From the NCBI GenBank assembly GCA_023213395.1, contig CM041465.1, positions 140,561,741-140,625,740 of the forward strand: 64,000 nt of DNA. Direction: 5' to 3'. The notes below the pieces were generated by a model. The model saw only the letters and a program-made list of their open reading frames with translations, was not told where the DNA came from and made no database searches. The translations under genes were made by a program, and so were the position numbers. Shown in pieces: positions 15,101-28,230 of the stretch (positions within the stretch are counted from its first letter, which is position 1; each line of letters begins with the position of its first letter). Source of the stretch: Cycas panzhihuaensis. Lineage: Eukaryota > Plantae > Cycadophyta.

Positions 15101-15285
15101 GGAGCGAAAAGTAATAGATGAAATAGTTTAATTTGTAAATTAGCTCAATTTACACATTTTCATTTAGCAAACAAGTAAAGAGACCTCTTAAAAGGGGTTG
15201 GTTGAAGGTCCAACCTTTAGTCATATCATCTTTTCTTCCTCTCACATAAGATATAATAGGTGATTAGCCTAAAGACTCAGAACTA
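11876..15285 (+). repeat. 3' LTR of Gypsy1 (about 3.4 kb)
   Basis: Starts TGTTTC after the PPT and ends GAACTA (5' copy GAACCA), an imperfect terminal inverted repeat. The start is inferred from the PPT only. Confidence 0.75.
12130..12174. repeat. (ATT)n microsatellite
   Basis: About 15 uninterrupted ATT units. Confidence 0.95.
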
Positions 15286-16818
15286 GTATCACATCATAGA
15301 TCACCACTTATAAATCCATCAAACAATCAAATAAATAAGCATAACCTATAACTCTTAGATCATCATGATATATGATTTTTTTTCTATAATAACTTTGTAT
15401 CTTCCACCTATAAGCTATAAAAGAAAATTCAATCAATTCATTAATATCTAAATAAATTAACAACTATCTCCTGAAATACATGGGTAACTAGCCATTGTAA
15501 TCACTAGTTATCTAGGAAATATTTTTGCTATATGGCTTATTAGCTTCATAAAATAAAAATAATATATTATTATTAGTGAAGTATGCTAGACAAAAATAAC
15601 TTATGAATCTTTCCTATCTCTTACTTATGAGATATATATATGTGCTACATTTATTGCCAATTTTATACATACCTATATCTTTACTAACAACCTATCTCAT
15701 CAATCTTAATTCTCTAACTAATAAACTTTGAGAATAAGATGTACCACCTAGCTTATAATGTTGGTTATAATAAGGTAATATACAATAATACATTTTCATA
15801 CCTCTTATCATACATGGCAATCAAATTTATAATTAGAAAACACATATTAGTTAAACACCTCGATAACTAAACCTAGTTTTATAGATAACTTGTAACCATT
15901 ATTACCAATTTATTAATTAAACATATGAGGCTTCTCCTTTATCTTACATGAGGTAGGTAAATATCATGAACTCAATCATCCATCGACAAACTCCACTAAT
16001 AACATTATCCTCAATTATAATAACATCAAGTTCTTAAAATTTTAGGTGGTGCCTTTGTATCTTTAATCATATATTCAAATATTAATCAAGTGATTGCTCA
16101 TCAACTTAAGTTAAATTCATTTGATTAGCAGTGCATACTTCACTATATCAAATATATTTTAAGAATTAATATTATAATTCTTCATCATAAGTTCTCACAT
16201 GTGCCTCACATTTAATTGTTGAGATATAATATATCATAAATGGACTTTAAATGTGTAAATTGGAAGTAGATTAATCGTGGAGAAAGAGAAGAAGAAAAGA
16301 CCTACGACGCTACGATTTCTGGAAGAGAGGACAGTGGCGATTTCTACACTGGTTTGGTGGCTAGGGTTAGTCAGAACCGAGGTCGAAGGAGGGGGGGATG
16401 ACCCCCCAGAAGGGCTAGCTCGATGGCGTGAGGAGTTTTCTAGCTCAGCCAGCTATGAAGCAAGACGAGAACACCTTAGCAAGGGTTTTGAGGTGGATAG
16501 GCACTCGAAACAGCGTTCAGAGGGAGCGGCGTGGAGGTCTATAGCTCATCTGGCGTGGTTAGAAGTAAAAGGGAAGGAGGTACACGGCTACTGCAGTGGT
16601 GCTATAGCATTAAGATTGGAGAGAATGACTTTCCCTCAAGGATTTGGCGATTTTATCAAGGGTTTCACAGCTTCAAGAGACATAGCAAAGGGCAGACATG
16701 CTTGGCAATCCAGAAACGCTAAAAGACAAAGGGTATGGCTATGTGTAGACATGCGTTTCATGGTGAGTCTTAGTTGTGTTTGTTTCAGCTTTTGCAAGTT
16801 CTTTTTTCTACTGTCAAT

Positions 16819-18293
16819 ATGATGCAGTCAGCCCAGAATCAGTCTCATTCCTCTCCCACGGGGAGAACTTACCTGGATGTTGTAAGAACTAGAAACTATG
16901 AAGAACAAGACATTATCCCGGTTAAAATTAGAAGCAGATATAAACTTACGATACCGAAAGAAGTAACCAAAAAAACCATTCAGTACTGGGAGAATAGCCT
17001 GGTGGGAAGGTTCTCGGGCCCTAGGCCAGGTTTGGATATCATAAGAGAGTGGATCAGAAACAAGTAGAAGACCAGAAACCCTGTCCAAGTCATGGCACTG
17101 CCTAAAGGTTGCATCCTTTTTAGATTTTTAAATCAGGAGGATATGATTCCCATCCTTCTAAAGTCCCATTGGATGTTTAGAAGGAAGGCTATGTCACTAG
17201 AGAAATGGCATCCTGAATTTGATCCGGGAACTCCTGTGGTGAAACAAGCTCCAGTGTGGGTTCAACTACCTGGGCTACCTTTACATTTCTGGAACCCAGA
17301 GACAGTTAAAGGAGCGGCTAGAATGATTGGGCCACTTTTAGCCTTGGATTCGGCTACAAGGCATAGATCTAGATTGATGAATGCCAGATTTTATGTTCTG
17401 GCAAAGTTAGACAGTGAACTCCTAGTCGAGGTGGAGATTGAATCGGATGGCAGATCTATCATCCAAGGTTTATTTTATGAAGCGGAGGGCTTCAGGTGTG
17501 CTAAATGCAAGAGCAAGGGGCACCTTCCCTTTCAATGTCTAGGGGTTCCTCAGAGCGAGGACAATCAAGTGCCTGGGAAGGTGGAGAATGACAAAGAAAG
17601 AGGAATCAATTCTGAAAGTTTAGGTAAGGAGGTTTGTGGAGAGGAGGATGCTGTGGGGACCCCTGGTAAGGCGCCCGATGTTCTCGATCTATCTAGTAGT
17701 GTGAATCAGGGTGGTACGATGGAAGCTGCCCTGGCTTATCCCTTAGTCATAGGGGTAGGAGTCCAGTGGCACCTATGCCTAGGAAGGATTCTAGTATTGG
17801 TGCAGTTGGTTGCCAGGCCCTAGTCCCGGATCTGGTTGCGGGACGGGTTCCTGAGGTACATAAAGATCAATCTAGGGAACCTGGGTGAATTCAGGGGGAT
17901 GGAGATCCTCTGGTCAACGTCGACGAGCTGACATTGGCGGGGATTGTCAAGAACATAAACTGGGACCTAGAGGATTATTTGTCTGAGCCTGAGGAAGGGG
18001 GCCCGAGAGAATTGAACCAAGAGGTGAGCCAGATTGGTATTGCTGCCAAAGGAGGAGCAAGACCCAAAGGTGAAGTAGAAAAAGGTGGAGGGGGGACTCG
18101 TAAATGGGTTTCAAAAAGTATTACATCAGAAGCGAGGAAGGCACCAGATTATGGGATGGAGAAGAAGGTGGGCAGTCCCCCTAAAAAGGTTACTAGAGAG
18201 AAAGAAACTCAAGCCCAAATAGATATGGGTCTCCAGAGTACATTAAAAGAGGGGGGTGTGGAAGGCCCTAACCTTAGGAGCAGGAAAGGATGA
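16819..18293 (+). pseudogene. LINE ORF1 (DUF4283-type domain + CCHC zinc knuckle), disrupted
   Basis: WENSLVGRF, PVWVQLPGLPLHFW and CAKCKSKGHLPFQC. Stop at 17065-17067 and a frameshift in the C-terminal part. Confidence 0.93.
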
Positions 18294-18311
18294 GGTGAGT
18301 TCTGGATACTT

Positions 18312-21300
18312 ATGAAGGTCCTTTCATGGAACATTAGGGGGTTAAATGCCCCATCTAAGCAGAGAATGGTTAGAGAACTAAGGATTAGGATAGATCCAGA
18401 TCTTATTCTATTGTAGGAAACCAAATTGGAACAGATAAGGGAGACATAGGTACTCAATAAGATCTGGAGAAAAGGTGAGAGGAAGACATGTGTAGGCTCG
18501 GCAAGCTCTGGGGGATTGGTCTCTCTCTGGAATCCAAAAAGGTGGAGAGGTTATGAGTTGTGTAAGACCGAGCACTTCATAACCATTGGTTTGGTTAGTC
18601 TTTTGACTAACAAGGAGTATTGGATTACAAATGTCTATGCCCCCACTTCGGTTGAGGGTAGGAGGAGATTATGGGAGATCTTGGTGGAGCTCCACAAAGA
18701 TTGGGGAGGCCCGTGGCTAGTGGGAGGGGACTTCAACTCTCCCCTGAGCCCGGATGAGAAGAAAGGGGGGCAAGGGGGGTGGACCAGGAGTATGACTAAT
18801 TTAGGTGTGTTTTTCCAATCGAGTGGTCTGATGGACGTTCCCCTTAGAGGAGCCAGGTTCACTTGGTTTAATAGGAGGTTAGCTCATAACTTTATACAAT
18901 GCAGGTTGGACAGGATGCTAACAAACTATGATTGGGCCTGTCATTTTGAAGGAGTAAGGTTGGAAGCCCTGCCGAAAGCTGGGTCGGACCATTCACCTCT
19001 TATCCTGGAGGGGTCCATTCCGGATTCCTACAAGGGGGCTCCATTTCATTTTGAACTAATGTGGCTGAAACATCTGGATCTGAGGGAGAGGATCCAGGAC
19101 TGGTAGAGTATCCAAGTTCAGGGTTGTGCCATGTCCAGGTTCTCGAAGAAATTGAACTAGATCAAGTAACAAATCAAGGTCTGGAATAGGGAGGCCTTTG
19201 GAAATATTTTTGAGAATAAGGGTGGACTACTGGGGGAGCTCAAAGAGATTGAGGATAGGATCCAGATCGAAGGTAGAACCTAGGAGCTGGACAATAAGGA
19301 ACTCTCCACCTCCAGGAAACTTGAGGAAGTGCTAGAGAAGGAGGAAATATTTTGGAAGTAGAAGTCCAGAGAGCAGTGGATAAGGAAGGGGGATAGAAAC
19401 ACCAAGTTTTTTCACCTCTCTACGATGAGACATAGGACCCATAATAAGATAACTAAAATCTGAAGCAGGAGTGGGGTGGTGTATGAGGCTGAGGATCAGA
19501 TTGGTGGTATTGCGATGGAATACTTTAAGGAGCTATACACAGAGCCAGGGTGCCAGGACCCTGCCCTTAGGGTTGCTCTATTACAATATATCCCAAGTGT
19601 GATCACGGAGGACCTTAATAAAAAATTGACAGAACCTTTTACTCAGGAGGAGGTGGAGAAAGCTATATTTAAGATGGGGAAGGATAAGGCTCCTGATCCG
19701 GATGGTTTCCATCTAGGATTTTTCTAAGAATACTGGGAGATAATCAAGGAGGACCTGATGTTGGCGATTAATGAATTCTGCTCAAGGTGCACAATTCTGA
19801 AGGAGTGGCAGGCCACCTTTTTAGCTTTGATTCCAAAGAAAGAGGGAGTGGAAGTCATGGAAGACTTCAGACCTATTAGCTTGTGCAATATAAAATACAA
19901 GATTTTGTCCAAAGTGTTAGCAAACTGACTGAGGGAGACCTTACCGGAGGTTATTTCTCCTAACCAAGATGGTTTTGTGAAAGGCAGACAAATCTCAGGC
20001 GGTATGATAATTGTCCACGAAACCTTGCATTCGACAATTCATCGCAAGGAGGCGGGAATGATAATTAAAACAGATATGTCAAAAGCCTATGACAGAGTGG
20101 CTTGGGACTATCTGTTGGATTGTCTCGAGGCATTTGGTTTCAGGAAGGTTTGGAGAGATTGGATGAGATGTTGTGTATCTAAAGTTTTCTTTTTGGTGTT
20201 GATTAATGGCAGGTTGACTCCCTTCTTTAATGGGTCAAGGGGTTTGAGGCAAGGTGATCCCCTCTCCCCCTTCCTATTCATTATCATGGCCTAAATGCTA
20301 GGCAGGGCTACTCTAGAGGTTGAACGGTTAGGAAGGCTATCAGGTTTGAGAGCTACTTCCAACCTAGAAAATATTGTGCTCCATCTGTTCGTAGATGATA
20401 ACATTTTCTTGTGCAGGGCTTCTCTGGAGGAGGCCAGGGCTTTAAAATCAGGCCTTCAGGCTTATGAAAAGGCTGCAAATCATAAAATCAACTTGGATAA
20501 AAGTTCAGCTTTCTTTATTAATACTCGAGAGGGGCAGCAAAGGAGAATAAGCAGGATTTTGGGGATGGCCGGGGGCACCCTCCCTGGCTCTTACCTCGAC
20601 ATGCCTCTATTTGTGGGCAAGATGGGGCAGAATCTGTGGGACCCTATAGTGAGTAGATTCAATAAGAAGCTAGCGGGCTGGAAAGGGGCTCTTCTCAGTT
20701 GGGCAGGGAAAATTCAACTCATGGTGGCTTCCTTGCAGAGTATCCCAGTTTATCAAATGACAGTTTTCAAGATGCCAAGTAAGGTTATTTCCACCCTGGA
20801 GGGAATCATGAAGAGATTTCTTTGGTCAGGTGCCGAAGAAAAAAGGAGATTCCACCTAGTGTCTTGGAAGAAGGTCTACAAGCCAAAGTGGGCAGGGGGC
20901 CTCAGTGTAAGAAGGTTGGGTTTTTTTAATGAAGCCCTCTTGGCAAAGACGGGGTGGAGACTCATTAAAGAAGCTGGTGCGGCCTAGGGGAGAATTCTGG
21001 TAAGGAAGTATATGGGGGACAATCACTTTTTATTGGAGGAGGGGCACTTCTTGGAGGGCTCCTTGATATGGAGGGCCATTAGGTCTGCAAGGTCCCTCCT
21101 CCGTGAAGGTATGAGTTAGAAGTTGGGGGATGGAGAAAGCATAAAGTTCTGGGAAGACAGATGGTGCGGTCAATCCAAATTAGAGGAGCTCCCTAACATT
21201 GGTGACATGAAGTGGGAATACATAAATCACTTTGGATCGACAGTCAAAGATTACTGCGTAGGGCAAGGCAAGGAAAGGATATGGAGATCATTTGAGGACC

Positions 21301-22501
21301 TGCAAGGCCTTGAGGATGAGGCTCAAAGAGTGAGGGAGATATTAGGGAACCAGTATATTCCGAAGAGGTGCATGCGAATACATCGTATGGCCCTCCTCGG
21401 CGTCGGGTTCATATTTGGTTAAAGCGGGTTACAATCTAAGGATGAGCAGGAGGGTCGACAGGAATGATATATTAGCCGGGGCTTGGAAGTTAGGAATTCT
21501 TCCAAAAATAGTTGCTTTTTGGTGGCTATGCCTCCAAAATAAATTACTTACTCTGGATAATCTATCGAAAAGGGGCATCCAGTTGGCTAGCAGGTGTGTG
21601 CTCTGCAAGAGGGATGCAGAAACCCTGGATCACCTAAGCATTCATTGGCCCTATTCTGTTTGCATATGGAGTAATTTTTGGTCTAGGTTAGGGATAGCCT
21701 GGGTCTCATCTAAATCCCTTACAAATCAGTGGATAGCTTGGATTCCCCCTTTCAAAAGCAAAACCTTTAAAAGAATCTGGAAGATGATCTTACCAGTTGG
21801 CTCTTGGTACATTTGGAAAGAACGAAATAGGAGGATCTTTGAGGGAAGAGAGAAGGATTGCTTAACCCTGCTAGTGGAGGTAAGAAAAGGCATCTCAGAA
21901 ATGCTAGCCATGCCTAAAGGGGATAGGATTCCAGAAGGGGAAGAAGGTGTTATAAAAGAATGGGGCATTGTCCCTGAGAGCGGGGCCAGGGAGAGGAGCA
22001 GGGATGTTAAATGGCATCCTCCAGATATTCAATGGGGAAAGGTGAACTTTGATGGAGCGGCCAAAGGTAACCCCGGAGAGGCAGGTGGGGGAGGCCTGTG
22101 TAGGGATCATGGAGGTAACTTGAGATGGACCTTTGTAGAGTACCTAGGGGTCTAATCAAACCAGAAGGCTGAGGTGCGGGCGATGCTGAGAGCGATAACC
22201 CTGATGGACGAGGAGGAAGCCCAAAAGGTGGTCATAGAGGGTGACTCTATGTATGTAATAAAATGTCTAAAGGGGGAAGCAGACCCAGGATGGGACAACG
22301 TAGATATTTTTAGGGATGTCCAGGATATTCTGAGATCTAAAGTCAGTGTCTGATTCAAAGATACATTTAGGGAAGGGAATTGATGTGATCGGTGGCAACC
22401 GGGTCATGTTAAATAAGAGTACAAGGGTTTAGAAAGGGGAATACCCGGAGGAGTTACTGAGACTGGTCAGGGCTGAAGCACATACAAGGGAGGCTAACTG
22501 A
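18312..22501 (+). pseudogene. LINE ORF2: AP endonuclease - RT - zf-RVT - RNase H, with several stops and frameshifts
   Basis: MKVLSWNIRGLN, GGDFN, RLDR, SDHSP (endonuclease); KAPDPDGF, FRPISLCN, DMSKAYDRV, GLRQGDPLSPFLF, FVDD (RT); RCVLCKRDAETLDHL; KVNFDGAAKGNPG and IEGDS (RNase H). Confidence 0.96.
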
Positions 22502-24830
22502 GGAGGATGGGAGACAGTTATTGGGCTAGACCATGGGCCTGTCATGGTCATATTTGCTAAGCCAATTGGCTTGATGTACAGGGTTTGGGGACCTAGTTAA
22601 AACCCCTATAATATCATTTTTTACCATATCAAAAAAAAAAAAAATGGACTTTAAATGTGTCTATTTTTATTAATTTCAACTAAACTCAATTCAAAACTCT
22701 TCATTAACCATTAATTTTCATCAATATATACCTAGGAGACTTTAAAATCATAAAAATTTTACCAAATCAAAACTTAAATTGATCAAAAAATTAACTTGTT
22801 AGTATGCCGAAATAATTTACTTAAGTTTTCTAATTAAATTTTCTATCATATGAACTTCAAACTATGCCTTATAATAACTTATTTTGATTATATTTAAATC
22901 CTCTTTCCAACATAGTTTATGGCTCATGAATCTGACTTTATACACAATATTTATAATAAAAATGATGACAATGTGTCATCTAAAAAATAAAAACTAAATT
23001 ATAAAAATTTAAACACCTTTTTTTATCTATCTTCTAATTGAGCACTTGTTTTCATGTGACTATTGGGCTTTATGAAGGAAGCTTATGAAGGATTTATATG
23101 AACATCTAATTTAGTTTAATTTAATTTATACCTTTTACAAAAATAAACATGCTTATAAAATTTTTATTATTAGGGTTTCATCTAATGATTTTTTTGGGGC
23201 ACTTAGTAATCAAATTTCTGAGAAAATCTCTCATTGAATCTGTAATTTTATGTGAGCACTAACTATATCATTATCTTTGTATTCATGTCTAGAATAGATT
23301 GTGATGGTTTTACTAAGAGTGTAGTGTCAATACTAATAAGATAATCCTTAGGTGAACATCATCTCCTACATTTCTCCTTTATAAGTGTTGATGAATATAT
23401 GGCAATTCTTTTTTATTTATCTACAATTATTTTCATGGGGTAATTGTGTTTAGTTATTTAGGCTTAATAACTCCATGGGAAAACTATTCAATAATTCCAT
23501 GCCTATGTAATTCTTAATTAGTATATAATGCTTGTGTCTTTGTTGTACACATTCATAACATATCACTTAAGGCTACTAGGATTTGATAGCCTCTACTAAA
23601 TAATTATTTTACATCTAAAACTGTAATGGGTACTACTTCCTCTTAATATATAAAATCATTAAGTCTTTAAACATCTATGATTTTTAAGTACACATTCAAA
23701 TAGAGATCAAACCATGATGATCTACTTTGTAAAATGATTTTCCCTTTATCTTTAAATCTACCAACAAAATGACATCTATGGCAAACACATTAACTGTGAG
23801 GGATTTTTTTCTTTTGTAGATGCAAGTACTATCTAAAATTTTAAAAAACTTTTTCAACATGTAACTATATTGAACTCTCCGTAACAAATAATAGCATTCT
23901 TAGTTAAGCCAATGATTGAGACTTTAATATCTTCATCCATTTATTTCTCATGCAATTATAACTGGTCTCATATAGCATCTCAAATAGCAGGTAATTAATA
24001 AATAGATAACTCATCAAAAATAATCATTTAAGGCTTTATTTTTGCTCGAATCCTAATTGACATAAAACCTTAGTTCCACATCCATCATATTTTAGTTCAA
24101 ACCCTAGTATGTTCAATCTCTCATGCATTTCACACAAATATTGCATATATGGTCAAAACCAAATTCAAATCACACCACAAAATAAGGTTTTATCTTGTCA
24201 TTTTTTTTCCATAAAATTCCTGTAAGCATAGCTATTATCATGCTTAATTAACAAGTAGATAAATAAGTTCATATTCTTACCACATACTTGACTATATCAC
24301 TATCATAATTGCGAGTTTTAGTGAAATGGCTAGTCTCACAAAAACTTAAATCACATCTATAGGGGGGTAGCCTACATATGTAAACTCAAATGGAAACAAC
24401 TTCTTTTCTTCATCATTATCATTAGACTCATTAAACCCTACATGATCTAAATATTGGTACCAACATATATAATAAATATATCTATATAAATCAAATTAAG
24501 TACTCACCTTTGATTAAGATTTAATTGTCGTCAATATGAAACTATATGTGGTCTCATCACCTTAGTGTAATATGTTTTTGGCTCTTTAAACAACGCTTTA
24601 AATTAGCTCTTGATATTAGCTCATATCGACTCTACTATTGACTTAATAATGGCTTATAAATACATGTATAAATCATCCTTGAATGGCAAATATTATCACT
24701 ATATGTGTGTAGCCTTCTATATCTATCAATTATCAACTTAATTTTACTGTATAACTTTATTCAATATTTCACAGAAACCTTCCTTCCACTATGCTCTAGG
24801 ACTTTTGACCTTCACCCGACTTCGATACCA

Positions 24831-25305
24831 TGTTAAAATTCATTGTACAGGATAATATATTAAATTATTAAAGTAGGAGATTATGTGAAACATTCATCAA
24901 CATAAAATTAAAATTAACAATAATGAAATATAAATATTCATGAGGTATTTATGATAAACATTCAAGCATAATAATGAAATACATATGCACTAATAAGTAT
25001 AATAATTACATAAGAAAGATAACATACAAGATATAAAATTTATATGTAAGAAAGCCAAGATGAATAAAAATTATAGGAGAAGGATGAAGTATAAATCTCT
25101 TTATCAACTCATCTCAAATGTTCAAATGATGTGTATACATATTTATAAGTTCTTCATCTTATATGTAAACTAATTATATCATGTTGATATAATAACCAAT
25201 TACATCATATGTATACAAACCTTTCACATCTACCAATGGCTACTTGACCACTTGACCTACTAATTAAACATTACATTATTATTCATAAAACTAAATATTC
25301 TAATA
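24831..25305 (-). repeat. 5' LTR of element F
   Basis: Adjacent to the PBS. Homologous to the LTR of G and shares core motifs with the LTRs of C. Confidence 0.8.
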
Positions 25306-26245
25306 ACTACCACTTAGACCTCTAGATACTATAGTCTTATAGTATTCTATAAAGCCAAAGATGGATTTTTAACTCCTTAAGAGGTTTAATGACCCTAGAA
25401 CTATCATGAGATGGCCTTATCTATCACCCACATCTAAGTGGACCTCACTAAAGTGATAAAGGAAATAATATAAGGATAAGTTATGGTTAAATCCCTAATA
25501 TCCACCACCAAAAGTTGTCCATCAATATAAACCTCTAAGACTAGAGTATCGATCACTTATTATACTAAATTAACAATCAATGCATTTGACTTTATAAAAT
25601 AAGGAGAAAAGACCAAGATTAGCTATCAACATGAAGTAAAATAAATAAGTTAATTGGGGGGATGGGGAAAGAAAAAAGAAAAGAGAGTAAGGAGAGATAC
25701 CTAACATCATAATCTAAGACATTACTTTCATGAGATATACCCTAAGCTAGTAGTTTCTATGCCCCTCTATCTCCTTCTCCATTCTCATTGTTGATTAATA
25801 TGACCACCATGGCTCCATTGTATACCATTATGGATCCCTTAATATTGTGCCCATCTCACCCATCACCCCATTTCCTCCATCTTTTCTATCAATAGTTGGG
25901 GACTCATTTATATACTACTCCTATAGAAATCCATCATAAGAGTTCAAAACAAATCGGTCTAATAATGAAGAGGCCATATCCAATATATAGATCCTCCAGG
26001 ATATAATCTATCTTAGACCTCCTTGGCATAATCTCCTTAGCCACTAATACATCAATAGTGAGTCTATATCTAATGCTATTGAACCCTTATGAGGTCCAGT
26101 AGTAGGGAAATGGCCAAAGAACCATGATTGAAGTACTAAGTACTAGAAAAATACTTTACTCTTCTCAACTTAGATTGTATCTAACTAGTAGTGTATGTTC
26201 ACCATAGTAAAGGAAGATTAATCAAGTTACTTCCTAGTGTTGAAG
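25306..26245 (-). pseudogene. Highly decayed Copia RT-like remnant (basal layer)
   Basis: Reverse complement gives LVAK-like sequence near 26030-26050 and LRDP..Y-like sequence near 25820-25850. Weak. Confidence 0.35.
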
Positions 26246-27729
26246 TGTTAGAATAATCAACCTTATTATTATTGGTATAATATTTAATTAGTGGCCAAGT
26301 GGTAACTTATCATTAGCCAATATAAAAGATTTCTCACATGCATAATATGATTGGTTAACATATCAACATGACATGATTGGTTGATACATAATGTAATGTA
26401 CTTATAAGTATGTATACATATCATTTGAACATTTTGATATAAACTAATTGAGAAAGTTATGCCCCACCCTTCTCTTATGGTTTTTCCTATCTTATGTTTT
26501 TTATATATAAGACTGGTGTCCCATGTATTACTTTTCTCTTATGATTATTATACTATATTGATATTATATATTATTGGGGTTAATGTTCTTCACCTCACTC
26601 CTACCTTAAAAACATATGAGTGCACACATGTTAATGGTAAGTTAGGTAAGTTTATTTTAATATTAAGTTGTGTATTATTTTATATTATTTTAAATTCTGG
26701 AGGCTAAGGATGTTTCCCTCCTCCCTCATAACTATATATCTTATGGGGTGCATAACCGTGATGTTCTTCAACACCACTTACTTTGGAATATTTGTATACT
26801 CTTCAACTATGGTTTGAATACAATGATGTATTTCGAATACATTTTCAATATGGATTGAAATCAATGTTTACCTACTATGCTCTGGTCTTCACTACATTTC
26901 CAACATTTTGTATCATAGCATAGATCTTGGCCACCTATATCAAAGCATTGATTTCACTTCAAGGTAAGCAAATACTTCATTATTTTGTCAGTTTAATAAA
27001 GTTTATTAACATTTGTATATAGTTTTTTGCTAATATTTAGTTATTTTTTATACGTATGATCTATTTAATATTTATTTCTTTAGATTTTTGTAGCCACAAC
27101 ATGTGTATTTATCCCAACAATCATTTGGTATAGATATTTTAAAGTTTTGTTTGACATTTTTTAAGATTTTAATAATTTTTTATAAAAAATTTCAAGGATT
27201 TTTCAAGTTCCTAAACTCTGGCAGGCTGGTGCGAGCTCCACATTACTCTGAACCACGTCAAGTGACCACTCATTGGATTCATCTCTATGGTCCATAAAAG
27301 ATAGTTCAAAAAATCATCGCTCCTACGGTAAATTATAGCTCCCGGAAGCTCAGTGTATCATGATATCTACCCCAGGCATTAAAGATAAAATTACTTTGTT
27401 TAGCTTTGTTCATTAATAGTTTTCTCTGAAACTTAGTAGTAAGGCATTTTTAAGTTGTAGAATCTATTTGTGATGTCTTTTTAGCTCCGTTTTAGCTGTA
27501 TGGACCTTGCACCCTCCATGGTCTCTTAATCTTTGGCAGGCTCATTCTCATCCTGTGCTTATCCATTTCTCATGAAATTTTAGGGGAATCTAGACATCAG
27601 GAGAAAGCCAACTATCCATTTTTGTCATGTTATGTGACCCCAGTGAGGAGAAAAAGCTCCTGAAGTAATCTTTATCTGTGCACCCTTTATTTATGTCTTT
27701 TTTCAATATTATATATTAAAAATTCATTT

Positions 27730-28230
27730 ATTTTAAGGATTTTTTGTTGGATTCTCTCTATAGATCTATGGCACTCTATCTAGAGCAGTTTTTGATCAAT
27801 TTCAAGATTCTATGTTTGATTTTTAGCATTGTTCATTAATTGTACCCTCACTATTTACCATGCAACCTTCGTGTTCATTTTTTTTCCATTAAAAATCACT
27901 TTTTTCTAGTGTTTTTCAGTCGATCTCTAGTGTAAATCATCTAGCACCCATCCTAGTATAGTTTTTGATTGATTTACAGCTGATCTCTATCATTTTTTAT
28001 CAAAAAAATTTCCCTCTACTTTGTCATTAGTCGTATACCTCCATCCACATTCTTTTTTGCATTTTAACATATAAAAAATGATATTTTTTCAAATATCTTT
28101 TAACTATCTTCAGTGTAGAATTGATACATACTCTCTTACTATGATTTTGATTAGGGTTTTATTCATTTTTTCATATTTTCTAGATCATAGTAGATCTTGT
28201 ATTTTCAATCAACTTGTACTCTCTTATTTG
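27730..28230 (+). repeat. About three degenerate 180-190 bp tandem units inside A1
   Basis: Recurrent AGTTTTTGAT (about 27788, 27960, variant at 28143) and TCATTAATTGTACCCTC-like motifs (about 27833, 28024, 28205). Confidence 0.5.

Larger units (their letters stand above)
1..15285 (+). mobile_element. Degenerate Ty3/Gypsy LTR retrotransposon, non-chromovirus Athila/Tat group ('Gypsy1'); 5' end lies outside the window
   Basis: 1-2023 is repeated at about 13110-15285 (LTR pair). Decayed tRNA-Arg-type PBS at about 2027-2044. gag-PR-RT-RH-INT remnants in Gypsy order. PPT GACAAGGGGTAAA immediately before TG at 11876. Confidence 0.9.
16257..22641 (+). mobile_element. Full-length L1-clade LINE with RNase H
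   Basis: TSD AAATGGACTTTAAATGTGT at 16238-16256 and 22642-22660. Poly(A) from 22631. ORF1 plus ORF2. Clearly more GC-rich than the flanks. Confidence 0.97.
15286..25305 (-). mobile_element. Old Copia-derived, internally deleted LTR element F; 3' end cut off by Gypsy1 and interrupted by the LINE
   Basis: 5' LTR 24831-25305 (reverse complement starts TATTAGAATA, ends TTTTAACA). PBS TGGTATCGAAG at 24820-24830. RT remnant DKGEASYV near 15920-15950. Post-PBS region matches 31548-31800, and 15450-15540 matches about 52960-53030. Confidence 0.75.

Noticed and set aside
16828-22358. Several minus-strand ORFs overlapping the LINE
   Set aside because: Antisense shadows of GC-richer coding sequence with no motifs.
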